Counted from the first letter of the stretch, positions 25,244 through 38,769 are shown. The stretch is DNA of 64,000 nucleotides from Trichodelitschia bisporula (GCA_010356995.1 ML996691.1:1308174-1372173); one strand, 5' to 3'. Notes: a model not told the origin generated them from the letters alone. Made by a program: numbers and translations.

Positions 25244-27946
25244 GCAATCGAGGGCGAGGAATGCATGTGGAGGTTGTTGTGGTATCGTGGTGATGGTATG
25301 GATGGTTCGGAGGAGGAGAGGAGGAGAGGATGAAAGGATGGGAATGTGAATGAGGATTTGAGAAGAGAGGCTGTGTATCAAGAAAGAGACATGTGGTGCT
25401 ACAGAGACAAAGAAAGGGTAAGGAAGACTCTCTTGCTTCTTTTTTCCCTTTTTCCCCAGGCAGTAATGGCAACGGTAACAGCTTCAGATGTTCCAATGCA
25501 TCAGCCGGGTTGTCACTCTCATTCAGCCAGTCGAGCCGGATGCATGATGTGGAGAGTTTGCGTGGTTGTAGGGGGAGGGGGAGGGATGTACGAGGATGTA
25601 AGAGCAGAGAGAGAGGGATGAAGAACCGGCTTCTCTCATTCTCTCTCTTAGAATCCTTTCTCTCCTCGACAAGAAAGCGCAGAAGACGGCAGAGAAATCC
25701 CGGGGTTTGCAACTTGTAAGGTGTGGAGAATCTCGGGGCCAGCGGTCTTCACGGGGGGGGGAATGTTATGAGGCTCGTCGCGTTTCACATTGGCGCTTTG
25801 CCACTGTCCTGAAGCGCCAAGGCGCAATGCCTGGCGTCTCGGATGGGGAGTTGCGAGCGGGCCCCCGTGTTGGACTGGGGGGGGGGGTGATGGATTATAG
25901 ATGGATGGGGCCATTGCGTTCTGATTGTGGTGTATAGTGGTTTTTTTGGTGGTTGAGGGCATGGGACGGGGGGGATCGTGGGCAGCGGGGTGGGAGCGGG
26001 ATGGGCGGATGTGGCGTTTCGGGCTTTGGGGTGCGGGCTGGATGGGGAGATCTGATCGAAGACGATGATGCGAGATGGAGGCTGTACATCCGTACATGCG
26101 CTTCGTGATCTCGAGATACCATCCTGAGTCGTCAGAGGGCATTCGCGCAAACCACCCCTTTACCTCCGTACAGCCTCGACCCCCATCCACACGAACAAAG
26201 GGCACCCGCCGTAGAACAACTCGAAAGCCTCCCCTCCAACCCATTCCCGCTGCATTGATCGCCTCGCCCGCAAGACGCGCCCCACTAGGACGGAACGCGA
26301 CGATAGGTGTGGAGTGGTGTGGTGTGCCGTCCTAGCCCTTACCAACCAGGCAGTACACCAACCAGTCCCCCCCCCCTCATGCACAACACCAACCCCCCAT
26401 CACTCTCCCGTCGCCAGGCTACTCGTAATTTCAGCAAGACTTAAAGAAACGCTCCGCGCGCGCTTGCCCTCTTACCCGCAACACCCACATCTTCTCTCTC
26501 CCTCCGCCTCGCCTCAACCGCACCGACCCTCCCACGGCACAGCTATAACCCCGCGCTCGGGACTCACGATAAACCGTAGGCGGCCGTTTCTGCGCACCTC
26601 AGACCCGAAAGCCCTCGAGCTTGTTTAGCACAAACAGGACAAACCCGTCCTAACATCGCAACCGGCGGGGGGGGGGGGGAAGGGAGGGGGGGTAAGTAAC
26701 GGGCCCGACGTCAGGCCTCGGCTCTTGCTCCAAAGAGTCAGTCCTCTCAGTGCGTCTCCGCCAGGCCCGCAAAGTGAATATACTGCACTTTACATCCGGG
26801 ACAATATACCTGCCCCGCGCCCGCGCACCAGCGTAGATGAAACCCGTGCCAGCCTCCACTCCCCAAAGGACATCCGTACGGGTACAGTACCCACGGTTGA
26901 CGGAACCCGCGGCGAGAACGGCGTAGGCAGTCCGGTTGCGGCACGGACCTCTCCATATACATCCGTAGATATACTCGTCCATATCCCCTCAACCGATACA
27001 ACGTAGATACGCCGTCTGTGTCCTGTCCGCCGCCGCCCGCCCGCCCGCCCGTTCGCCTCCGAACTCATCAGGAGGTGCGACCGAGCGTGCGGCGTAGCTC
27101 CCTTTCGCGAGCAGCGGCGGCGTCGGGTGTGAAGTCCGCCCGGCGCTGGGAGTGTGCATCGTGAAGTTTTGGCGTCGAGGTGCGATAACGCGTATATCCT
27201 GAGGTCCGTTCGCGCTTAGCCGGTCCATCCGCCGGCGGCACCGAATCCGTCGTTGCGATCCGAGAGTCGCGTCGAGGCGCGCTGCATCGTGAAGTTTTGC
27301 ACTCGGTTCGTCTTTCACCATAGGAAAAGTCCCTTACCTCGTCCGGCTGCGCCGGGCGCTCTGTTGGCACCACTTCCCTGATGCACTCCCGCGTGCATAA
27401 TAGCATGCGGGCGGGTTGTGAGAAGACCAGTTAAGCGCGTAAAGCCATACCGCCAGGTCAAAGTCCGCATGCATGGCGTTCGCCCGGCATTTGTCGAGAA
27501 TATGCAGACGTGACGGGAAGGGCGGGAGGATGAGCCTGGCAAATTGTGCAGCTGTACCTCCGTAGTTCCAGTTCCCCACTCCACTCACGCACTAGCATCA
27601 CTTCACCTCTCACCACGTCCCAACAACCTCACTCCTTCTCCTCCTTTCCCAAAACCACATCCGCATATCCCCCCAAACCTAGTTACCCGGCCATCAAAAC
27701 GTAAAAGAAAAAGGAAAAGACCTCTCCGCCTTCCCGTCGTCGCAATTCCGTTTCCAACCTCCACACGCTAAACCCCACACCCAAACCCTCTCGACGACAA
27801 GCTTCGCGCCACGTCTCGGTCCCAGCAACCGCCCAACCCCCCAAAACCCCCGACTTCCACCTCGCTCAAGGCCCCGGGTCCGGCTCCCTCGGGTCCCGGT
27901 GTCGTAGTATACCGAAGGCAGGTAGGGAGAGGGGCAAAGCGCCGCA

Positions 27947-30226
27947 ATGTACGGCCTCCTCTCCAGCAACGGTACGTCGTTTCCCGTTCCATCGTCATCG
28001 TCAATCCACGCCCCTCCCGTCCCTCCCTCACCACCGTGCCCCCCCCCCCCCCCCTCCCCGTGCCGCAAACCCTATCGCGCGTACACAAGCACAAACGCAA
28101 ACCCCCCCCACGAGGAGTCCCGCCTCTCGGACCACCCTCACCACGCGAGGGCTTCCCCGCACAATCGCCCGCCCTTCCGCAATACCGCCAACATCCCCCC
28201 GTCCGCGAAGGCGTGGCCGAATATACAATAGACGAGCGGGCGCCCCCTCGCCGTCCCAAATCCGCCCCGGTCCCCGTCCATCCCCCCTCAGAAAGAACAC
28301 AGAGGCCAGAGCTAGCCGAGAAAGCTTCCCAAGCCCCAGGCAGCCCTCATCGTCCCCATACCCACCTCTCCCCCCTCCCGCACCAACCCCCCCTCCGTGC
28401 CCTATTCCAGAAGCCTTGCTCCCACCCCCCCTCGTCGCATCATCCTCTAACCCTCTTCCCTCTAAGGCTTCCTCGCCGCTAGCCGCGCCACCAGCTCCTC
28501 CACCCCGCGCCCCGCCCCGCCCCACCCCACCCCCATCACCTTCCCCGCCCCGCCGCCCTCCACCCCTACCTCCTGGCACACGAGTTCTCCGCCCGACTTC
28601 GCAGCGGCATACGCGAGCCTAAAACGGCACGCCGAGCTCAGCACCGCTCACTGGGCCCAGTTAAACATCACCACGCGCACCTGCGCAACCCTCGACGACT
28701 TCGTGTCCGCAGAGCCGGCGCTCGCGCCCTTCGTCCCTCCCTTAGAATGGCTCTCCCCACCAGGTCCAACCGACTCTGCCAGTCCCCCACCCCCGCCCCA
28801 GCCCGCCAAACTCTCCAACGGCCGCTTCGCGCCCTTCCGCCGGGACTTCTACGCCCGCGCCTCCGAACTCGCGCACGCCAATGACGCAGCCTACACAGCG
28901 CTCGCGCCCAGCGCAATGCATGATCCCAATCTTCCGCGCCCGCCGCGCATAGCCCACATGCGCAAGTTCTGGGAGGCCCTCGACGGGATGGCGTGCTACT
29001 GGGACGCGAGCGCCGACATGTACTACCCGAAGGAATCGCCGCCGCCGTATGACCCGCCCAAGCCGAGCAATGCAGACACCACCCGAGCCGAGGAATCCGA
29101 CCTCACCCCCCGCACCATGTTCGCGTCCGCCGCGCGCCCCGCTCCCGCCCCCGCCTTCTCTCCCGCCGAACTCCTCTTCTCCGCACACCAGGCTGCCCTC
29201 AAGCCCACGCCCTCCCCCCCACCCCGCCCAACCGCCTCGCCCCTCGCACCCCCCGCGCCCGCCCCCTCCGGCCCCGGCGGCTTCTACACCGGCCACCGCC
29301 TCAGCGCCGGCTCCTCCATGCCGCCGGCCCAGCGCGTCGAAGCCGTCACCGCCTTCCTCGAAGCCGCGGCCTGGGCCCACGGGCTGCGCGTCGCGCCGCA
29401 CCGGCGCCAGCCCGTGCTCAGCCTGTGTAACCTGCGCGTGCCAGTCTACGTCTCGAGCGCCGTCTGGCGCTTGCCCACGGAGCGCGAGCGCGCGAAGGCG
29501 GGTTGGCTAGAGGGCCCGGTGGCGGGCGTGCTCTGCCGCGCTGAGACGGGGTTTGGCGACGCCGCTGGGCCCGGGAGCAAGGACCTCGTTGATGCGTTCC
29601 GCGAGGTGGCGGCGCTGCTGGAGTTGGCGCAGGAGCGCGCGAGGGCGGGGCCTGGGGATGCGGAGCCTGTGCCTGGGAGGGGAAAGTGGTGGGTTGAGAA
29701 GGCGCGGTGGGGTGGCGGGCCGGGCGGGGAAGTGGGCGAGGTGCGCGGGGATGTGGACCCGCAGCTACCGAAGGGCGAGGCGGCGGACGCGGCGGGGCGG
29801 AGCAAGGAGGCGGCGCGGAAGAAGGAGCGGAGCGGGAAGCGCGCGGCGGACGTGTGGCGCGCGCTGAAGCCGGGGGCCGGGTGGTGGGATGCGCGGGTGC
29901 TGTATTCAGCCATCGGGCGGGCGGGAGGCGAGGCGAGCAGCAATCCGGGGCCCGATACTGTGTTCCTGGTCTCCAGCCTCAACCACCACGTCTGCGTGCT
30001 CGCGCTGCGCGTACACCCGCTGTACCTGGCCTATCTGACGCATGGCACTTTGCCGGATCCGCGGCCGGTGGACGATAGCTGGTGTCGGCCTGTGCTGACG
30101 CGGTCGCCGTGGTGGGATCTGTTCCAGGCGGAGGAGCGGCTTGAGGCGTTGAGGGCTATATGGGGGGTGGTGGGGTATTTATCGAGGGTGACCGGGGGAG
30201 AGGATGGGGCTATGGAGGGGACATAG
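27947..30226 (+). CDS. Conserved fungal hypothetical protein; exons 27947-27971 and 28467-30226
   Basis: Exon 1 ATG TAC GGC..AAC G|GTACGT (phase 1) joins CTCTAAC..TAAG|GC TTC (phase 1) and opens the long frame. Globular blocks FWEALDGMACYWD, YTGHRLSAGSSMP, VFLVSSLNHHV. Confidence 0.75.
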
Positions 30227-30922
30227 TTGGGTTTCTGTGGTGTGGTTAGCATTGAAGTAACTCATGACCTGAGCACCGTGACAGTTGCCAATGTTGACGG
30301 GGGAATAGAGATAGGTTTGATGGATCGTGGTTTGAAGTTACCTCTGAGGACATCATCACTTGTCACGGGTGACAAAGGGGGAAGGATGTAGCCGTGAAGG
30401 GGACATAGAAGGTGCACTGACTGGTGTGAGTACCATTGAGGAACTCATGGAATGAACACTGTGACATTATCCAACATAGACGGGGGAATTGAGGAGGTTG
30501 GTGGGTCGTCGTCAGAAGGAAGTCGGGTCCGAGGGCGTCACACCCCAAACCCCGTGACCGGTACCAAACTCCACGGCAAGGCACCATCACAAACACATAT
30601 GAGCAGGTAGTAACATGGTCGAGGATGGAATGGTACTTGAAGTTTGAGAGATGAAAACGAAGTGCGCGGACGAAGGTCTTTACGACCAAAGCTGGTGATC
30701 GGGCCCTCTTACCTCGGGCAAGGCGGTGGGAAGGCACGCTGGGCTAAGAGGCTAAGAGGCTAAGAGGGTACGGGCGATACTGTGGTTTCGGTGTCTTTGG
30801 GCAAGCACACGTTTAGCGTACCAGTGATCGAGTTGAATAGGCCTCATCCGCCCGAACTACTATATACAATAGAGCCCCAACGCCCCAAGCCTCATATCCA
30901 ATCCCCTCATTAAGCTCCCCCC

Positions 30923-32702
30923 TCACTGAGCCTTATCCCACGGCAAGCTAAACGTCCCCACCCAATCCTCCACCTCCTGCCTCAACTGCACAATATCCGC
31001 ATTCTCATGTCCCTCCCCAAGGTACTCCCTAAAGCTCGCCAGCAGCGCAGGGTTCTTCCCCCCCTTAGCCCCGCCATCCTTGACAGCCTTGTCCACCCTC
31101 CCCGTGATATCAACCGCCCGATGCACAATATCCGCCACGCGCTTAAAGTCCTCCGGCTGGAAACCGCGCGTCGTCATTGCCGGCGTGCCCATCCGCAGTC
31201 CATGCGGCTTCATTGCCGACTTGTCCCCCGGAACCGTGTTCTTGTTACTCGCCACGCCGACAAGCTCGAGCACGCGCTCCACCCGCGCGCCGTCCACGCC
31301 CTTGTCACGCAGGTCCACCAGCACGAGATGATTATCCGTACCGCCGCTAACAATGTTGTACCCCAGTCCACCCGCGTCCTTGGGCGAGCCGAGCCGCTCT
31401 GCCAGCGCCTTGGCATTGATGAGCACGGTGCGTTGGTACTCCTTAAACTCCGGCGTTTGCGCTTGGCCGAGGGCGACGGCGAGGGCGGTTATGGTGTGGT
31501 TGTGCGGGCCGCCCTGGTGGCCGGGGAATACGGATGCGTTGATCGGTCCTTCTAGGTCGTACATCTCTTCCACGCCCTTCTTGTTGGTCCGGCGGACGCC
31601 CTTGCGGTAGAAAATCATGGCGCCACGCGGTCCACGGAGAGACTTATGCGTCGTCGTGGTGACGACGTCTGAGTGTGGGAAGGGCGATGGGATGGCACCG
31701 CCGGCGACGAGCCCGGAGATGTGCGCCATGTCGCTCATAAGATAGGCACCGGCCTTGTCGGCGATCTCGCGCATGCGGGCGTAGTCGATTAGTCTGCTGT
31801 ATGCCGAAGTGCCAGCCACGATAAGCTTGGGGCGGTAGAGCAGTGCATTCTCCTCCAGCTTGTTGTAGTCGATCAATCCAGTGGACTCGTCCAGCCGGTA
31901 CGGGAAGGTCTCGAAATATTTAGAGACAAAGGATATCTTCTTGGTAGGAGTCTGGTAGCCATGCGACAGGTGACCGCCGTGCGGCAAGTCGAGGCCCATC
32001 ATCCGATCGTGCGTATTAAGGAGTGCAGAGTAGACGTAGAGGTTGGCAGGCGAGCCCGAAAGTGCTGGCCAGTGTAAGCAGTCGCCTCACACCAGTTGCG
32101 GGTAACCTACGTTGGACGTTCACGCCCCATTCCTCCGGCCGCAAACCGAACGCCTGCAGCGCCCTCTTTTGACACAAAATCTCCGCCTCGTCGATGAACT
32201 CGTTTCCGCCATAATATCTCGCTCCGGGGTATCCCTCCGAGTACTTGTCTGATATCTCGTCAGCGGATAGCGCTGGCTCATCCGGCTATCGTACTTTGCA
32301 TAACACTGCCCAATGCGTCGAGAACGGCCTGAGATGTGAAGTTCTCGGATGGGATCAGATTGATAAAGTGCTTCTGCCGCCGTTTTTCCTGCAACCGGCA
32401 TTAGACGACTCACTGGGACAGCCAAACGGAGGACAAGGCAAACCTTTTCGATGATCTCGAACACGGCAGGATCGGCATCGTGGAGGCTTGCTGCTAGGAG
32501 CTTTCTACAGTCAGCCAATACCGTCTCCGAATTCATCATTCGCCCAACTCGCCTTTTGCTGTCCCTCCACCGACATGGAGCTCGCCATACCCCGCCGCAC
32601 CGCGAGCTGGCGGGCCGAGCGGCATGGCTGCACAATTGGACGGCTAAGTACCGGGTTCAGCGCCGAGCGCGCTGCACAACAGCTGCTCCTGAACAGCGAC
32701 AT
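30923..32702 (-). CDS. SHM1: Serine hydroxymethyltransferase, mitochondrial; exons 32702-32553, 32500-32444, 32388-32295, 32248-32111, 32064-30923
   Basis: Arg/Ser-rich presequence, [42 protein letters not shown] and the PLP site [13 protein letters not shown]. Confidence 0.96.
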
Positions 32703-33578
32703 TGGGGAAGACGGAGAGCGAGGCGAGACGGTGATATCGGGAAAAAAGTTGGAGCCGTCGTCAGTTGGGGTTGAGCTTGGCTTCTGCGTAGACTTGGCGC
32801 GGGCCCACTCCCCTCGGCTGGTAATTCTGGACGGGGGGTTCAGTGCTGTGACGTGATGGATGCGGGGTTTGGGGTCTGCGGGATGTGGGTTGCGGGAGAG
32901 TTGCTAGGTGCAACAGAGAGCGCTGAACTCGAATTATGCTCCTCCCTTCTGGTCGCAAAATGGTACACTAAATTTGCCCCGCAGCTAGAATTTCAAGCCT
33001 CAAAGGCAGTTTACGTGTGGAGAGGGCGGCTATGTACTAGCCTTGCCGAAATGCGGAGAGAGTGAGAGAGAGCTTCACGCTTAACTCTACCACAAGCGAA
33101 GTGCCGTGAGTGTGATGCTCGGATCAAGAAGACGGGCATTCAGCCTTCCGTATCAACCCTCACACTGAAGCGTGAAGGAGATGGCAAAGTACTCGTAATC
33201 GTTCGGTAGACTCTCCCATAACCTTAACCTTAATCGGACCTTCACATCAGTCCATTCCCAGATATGATCTTGTTGGCGTGCCGTGTCCAGGTTTTCACCA
33301 TATGAGGTCTTCATCCTGAGCGAGCTGAACAAAGCTGAAGGCTGTCCGATGCTTCCATTTCCGACCCTCAGACGTTGCCATATACCAGATCGTTGCCAGC
33401 CGTCATGCTCGCTGGCTCAGTGTCGCGAAACCGCGCCTTGTTGTGTTGACTCTCCGATATTTTTCCGGGCGCCCTCTCGGCTCCGTTTGCATCCGATGTT
33501 GCAGGCAGGGAGGGAGGGGGCTTTAAGAACACGAAAGCTGAGTCAAAACTTCTTCTTTTTCTCCTCATACAACTAACA

Positions 33579-33708
33579 TCCAAATGATGAGTGGCCTCCC
33601 CGACAGCTATGTCCACTCCGGTCCGCTTTTGCGGGCTGGAAGTGGATGCTGGCGACATGTCCCTGCCCTTCACCACCTTGGTGGGACAATTTGAGCCTAT
33701 CTGATGGA
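33579..33708 (+). ncRNA. Candidate box C/D snoRNA
   Basis: TCCA-A-ATGATGA (33579-33590) and CTGA-TGGA (33701-33708) give K-turn geometry with a 4-bp terminal stem. No convincing guide identified. Confidence 0.3.
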
Positions 33709-34430
33709 CCTGTTGGGAGTTGTCTTTTCGGATTCAACAGCGCGTGCGCGTGCGCGTGGCAAGTTCACGATGCACCTAGACGGGCGAAGCTCTCGTAGCC
33801 TCCCTCGGGTCCCATCTGGCCACAATCACAGCGGCGTCGGGTCGGAGTGTTAAAAGGGTGAAAGAGGTTATGGTTACGGCGGCTCTCTCGAAGCTCCGGG
33901 CTTGCTGGCCGTGATTGACCAATCTCTTGAAATGAAACGCTCGTCACCTTGGGAGAGAGGTCGGTGAGTGCGGCGGAATGGTGGAACGGACCTAATAGCC
34001 ATTCTTATAGCTCCTGGCAATACAACAGTAATCAAAGCCTTCTTTTCGCAGGTGCGTGCCCTTTTTTTTCTGCTTTGAAGGCTGGGATCCGACTCCTTTG
34101 TGCGGAATGATGACCTTACGGTGTGGGTATGTGGGTGGGCGTCGGTCTCAGGGCGCGGCGGTCTTGGGGGATCGACCTGCTCGGGACTGCATACTTAAAT
34201 GATTCACGACGGCCATCATTTTGGACGACCTTTTGCTGAGTTCCTGGCTCCTGGATAGAGTGTTCACGGATAAGGCTGGGGCGGTGACTGGGAAGGGATG
34301 CAACGACGAATCGATCGACGACACGACGAAACGACCACGGCAGCCTCTTACGGCCTCATCTTTCACTCTTTTGGATTGCCTTTTCGGGTTGCGACCTTTT
34401 CTTTAACCTCTGCCGCTCTCTCGCTTTCTC

Positions 34431-34480
34431 TCTCTTTTCCTCTCTTTTCCTCTCTTTTCCTCTCTTTTCCTCTCTTTTCC
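34431..34480. repeat. Tandem 10-mer (TCTCTTTTCC)x5 within a pyrimidine tract
   Basis: Read directly. Confidence 0.9.
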
Positions 34481-35253
34481 TGTCTTTTTCTTATTCTTTT
34501 TGGCTCTCCCCTGGCCCTCGTCGTTAATGACATGCCGCTGATGTAAGAAAGTCGACGATTACCCGCATTTCGCCTGGCACTTTGTCACCCAATCCACCCT
34601 TGGAGCGCATCTACGGTAGCTCTTTCCCTCCGCAACCACATCACTTCACTCCCCACTTCACAGGCCTAGGAGCTACGGCGCCGGACCGATATTCGCCGTT
34701 CACTTCTTGTTGGTCAGAAACACGTTGCATACTTCTAACTCCGATTTGACCTCACTTCTTCAACCAAACCTCCAACCACCACTCCACACCGCGAAGCTTC
34801 TCACCATCACCGCTTTTTTCCCGTCACCCACATCCAAACTCGGTCGCTGTGTCTCCCTCTTTTCCCAAGGGAAACGAATCCCTTACCTTGGCCGATCTCT
34901 TCGGGGGTTCCCCGTTGACAGCATCCTCCGCCTACTGGATATTGTCAATTAATGGGCTGCTGGTCGTCGTTTGACGTCTTTGCTCCCTTGTACGCCGGTG
35001 CAGCAAACGCGTTGCACTTCAGGCTACGACAAAAAGCATTCGAAATCCTGCATGCGTGTATGCCAACACTGATTGGTGTTGGGTGAAAGTGTCGAGCACT
35101 GAAGCTGACAGTTCTCACGTGATCATACATCAACCGACGATTGCAGCACTGTAAAGAGTCATCCGGGCCACCCTTGTGGCTTCGGCCATAGATTTCCTCC
35201 AAGAAGAACTGGATATACGGCCGCCTCAAGCCGGCCAATCTCATTTCGGTCGA

Positions 35254-36671
35254 ATGCCTTCAAAGACGGCCCTTGTTATGATCGCTCACCCACAGCTAAC
35301 CCCATACCCGCAGTCGTTGTCCAGTTCTAGCAGCCAATCTCCCCTCGACAGTGTTTCATCTTCGTCCTTAAAGGTAAGCTTTATAAATCCTGAGTCCTCT
35401 GACACTCTTCCTCAGACTCTAACAGGCCCTTCAGCCCGACATGATTACTGCATCCCCCTTCGCGCCAGCCTCGGAAGGCAGGCCTGTGCGTGCTGTCCGC
35501 AAGAATAAGACGGCAGATCCAAACTGGGTTGACAGCTCACTAATCGAGGACACATCGCCGAGCGGAGATTCGGGCGAAAATTCCAGCGAAAGTTCCAGCG
35601 AGTGCGGAGTGCCGGCCAAGCGTCGTGCTAAGCTGCAGGGCGGTCGGGCTCGGAAAATGCGAAGGAAGAGACACAGACGCGTGCGGACTCCTTCATGCCC
35701 TCCTCCGTCACCATCGCATACCGCTGCGGAAATGATGGAAGAGCCCCGCGATGACTCCTACCCTGTCGTCGGTGCCAGCAACATCACGCTGACGCCTATA
35801 AATCTCACGTTTAATATACCCCCTGGCTTCCAAGGTCCCTTTTGTATCCAAATGCAGCCGAAGTTGGACGTCACCTGGATTGATGCGAGCGGCCAGCTAC
35901 GAGCCGTTGTCCGGGCGCAGGACATGCAGACACGCGTCCTCACTGCCCCGACACAACAGGCGACGACGAAGGGGTTCTTCGCGCTACCGAACGGTAAGTC
36001 TCCATGGCACGCCCACTTCCATGCTAACACATTGAGAAATTCGAAACAGGATCTACTCCCTTCTGTTCTGCAATGCAGAGAAGGACGGGGTGACGTTCAG
36101 AACTCCGGGGCACATTAGGGCGCTTCCTTGCATTCCCCCAGGCCTTTCTGCTGCCTTTTTGCGTACATGTCATGAAATCTACAATCAAGGGCGCCTCGTG
36201 CTTTACGGCAACAATACATTTGAGTTCAGCCGCTCTGAGGAGGACCGCCGCCCGTACTTTTCTCATCCGGCGTTTGAGGTCGTCTACCGGGATTTCTATC
36301 ACTGGACAAAGACAATCGGGCCACTCAACCTGTCCTTGATCCGGAAGCTGAGAGTTTACTGCTCGAATCCTCGGCGTCGTAACTATCGCCATGTGTCGGA
36401 TCCCCAGCGGTTCTGTCACGATAAGCACCTCCTCAGCGCCCTAAAACTTATTGCCCACAACTGTCACCAACTAGAGTTCCTGCACATCAGGCTCTCGGGG
36501 CGGAAACTCACCTGGCAAAACGCCCCCGAGTTTGTCCAAGTCCTGGGCGATATGCGAGCGGAGGTGGTGGAGCTGAGGGACGATCATTACTGGAATTTGA
36601 CGCCAGCTCACTACCGCGACCTGGAGAAGGCCATGACTCGGGTTCCGCCTGAGGACCAATCCGAGGAGTAG
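35254..36671 (+). CDS. Hypothetical protein with F-box-like 'FFALPNEIRNRIY' motif; introns 35374-35425 and 35994-36036; 5' end uncertain
   Basis: Spliced KGFFALPN|EIRNRIYSLLF followed by AFLRTCHEIYNQGRLVLYGNNTFEF, a signature of an expanded fungal F-box-like family. Confidence 0.7.
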
Positions 36672-37153
36672 CTGCGAATTGCTGGCGGCGGTTTGGAATT
36701 TCGGTGGAGTCTCTGGCATTGAAGTTATTTTAGCGGGAGTTTATGATGTTATAATTTAGCTCGGCATGCTTGTTTTATGGGTGGCTATAGACTCGGGTTG
36801 ATTGTACCTTATTCCCCTAATGATGATGATGTTCGATAATTTCATATGCTTGTATTTGCAAGGTGACATCAGGAAATGCGCTCTTACTGATGCAGCAGCT
36901 GGACAGTATAAATGACGGCTCTTCAGCCCGAATGGGGCCATGTCGAGCAGATAGCAGCGTCCTGATCCACGCCTCATTCCCTCACCATTTGACTGACAAT
37001 AATGAGCCGCATGTCGTGATATGGGGCCGACGGAGATCAGGCACTAAGGCGAGCATGACCGCAGCAGCATACTTAACACTGGAAGGAGCAGATTACCCTT
37101 TGGGAAGAACCAAGGATAAAGACGGCAAGGAGCACGCTGGCGTGCTCACTCAC

Positions 37154-37299
37154 GAAGGGAAGGAGCTAAGGAGGGCATCGCCACATCGTGTATTTCATTC
37201 GGAGAGCCTGTTGACTCTCTTTCTTACCTTTTCATTCCATGACACTTCACTTTACGCCGTTGCAATGCACGTATAAAGCCTTACGGTACTTCCAGTAGG
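37154..37299 (+). repeat. Short dispersed repeat, copy B (most diverged)
   Basis: ggaaggagc..ggag..tcgccacatcgtgtattt..CT tract..cttcactttacgcc..gcctt..cttccagtag. Confidence 0.65.
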
Positions 37300-37459
37300 T
37301 CGATACAAGGCTGGCTTTAAGCCTGGTCGCGTGCTAACAGGGGTCGACACCGCACCGCGGGGTACCGTAGCGGGGCAAAAAAAAGTGCGCGCTCCGACCG
37401 CACCTCTCCCCCTCACCACCACCCACCGATTCCACAACCCCAACAAACCACCGCACATC

Positions 37460-38769
37460 ATGGCCCTCGACCCGCCCACCGCAGATCTAGCAGCAATGGG
37501 CCTCTCCGGCCCCAGCCCCTCCGCCGTCCCATCTCTCGAATCCCTCCTCGCAACCGCGGGCGCCAGCGCCTTCCCCCCCAAACCCTCCAACCCCAATGCC
37601 CCCGCCCCCGCCCTCCCGCCCTCCATGGCGGTCCGCGAATACACCGCCGACGAGGTTGTGCAGATGCTGAATAGGACGCCGCTGTTTATGACGAGTTTGG
37701 ATGAGAGCGACGGGGCGGGGGGCGAGAATATAGAGCTCGAAGCGTTGAAGGCGCTGGCGTATGAGGGGAGTCGCGCGGATGTTGCGGCGAATTTCCGCGA
37801 GCAGGGAAATGAGAATGCGAGGGTGAGACGCTGGGGGGTGGCGAGGGGGTTTTATGAGCAGGCGTTGGGGGCGCTTCGGCAGGAGAGAAGGGAGGGGGAG
37901 TTGGTTGATGAGGAGGGGAATTTGAGATCTGTGGAGGAGGAGGAGAAGAGGGAACGCGTGCTCGAGGAGGCGTGCTGGGTGAACAAGGCGCTTTGCGAGC
38001 TCGAGCTAAGTGCGCGGGATGTACGCTGCTTTGGGCGCGGCTGACAAGGACAGGGAATTACCGCGCCTGCAACCTCGCCTGCGCAGCTACCCTCCGCCTC
38101 AACCCGACTAACGTCAAGGCCTGGTTCCGCAGCGCCAGCGCCTGTCTCGCGCTCGACAAGATCCCCGAAGCCGCGGACGCCTGTGCACGGGGATTGGAAA
38201 TCGATAAGGCGAACGCGGCGCTCCTCGCCCTGGAGAAGAAAATAAATGCCCGGGCACACTATCTAGGGGCGCAGATGAGTGCGCAGCGCGCGCGCGAAGA
38301 GAAGAAGAGGCGGAAGGGTGCGACGCTGGCGGCGGCGCTGGGGAAGAGGGGGATTGTGACGAGGGTAACGGATAAGGCGCCGGATACGCAGGATGCGGAG
38401 GTTGCGTTGGAGGACGAAGGGGATGAGGACAGCCTATTGAAGGTTCCTGTTATATTCCTCTACCCGCTGGAGGCGCAGAGTGATTTTGTGAAGGGGGTGG
38501 GGGAGGATGAGAGCTTGTTTGGGCATTTGGAGTATGTGCTGCCTGTGCCGTGGGATGGGGAGGGGGAGTATGGACTCGAAGGCGTGGAGTGTTATGCGGA
38601 GACGGCGGCGGGGGGGCTGGTTAAGGTGGGCAGGAAGGTTACGCTGGGGAAGTTGTTGGGGGGCGGGAGGGTGGAGGTTGTGGATGGGTTGGTTACGGTG
38701 TTTGTGGTCCCTGCCGCGAAGGCGAAGGGGTGGATTGAGGAGTTTAAGAGGAGGAAGGGGAGGGGTTGA
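37460..38769 (+). CDS. CNS1: Hsp70/Hsp90 TPR co-chaperone Cns1/TTC4; exons 37460-38009, 38054-38769
   Basis: LNRTPLFMTSLD, ENIELEALKALAYEG, NFREQGNE, TPRs (NYRAC..LNPTNVKAWFR) and C-terminal FLYPLEAQSDF..GGLVKVGRK. Confidence 0.92.

Noticed and set aside
27321..27335. GGAAAAGTCCC resembling the RNase P/MRP P4 5' strand
   Set aside because: No matching 3' P4 motif found downstream.
30742..30767. (GGCTAAGA)x3 and TAACC-like words elsewhere as telomeric or telomerase template sequence
   Set aside because: Too short and not TTAGGG-based; no TAACCCTAA template seen.
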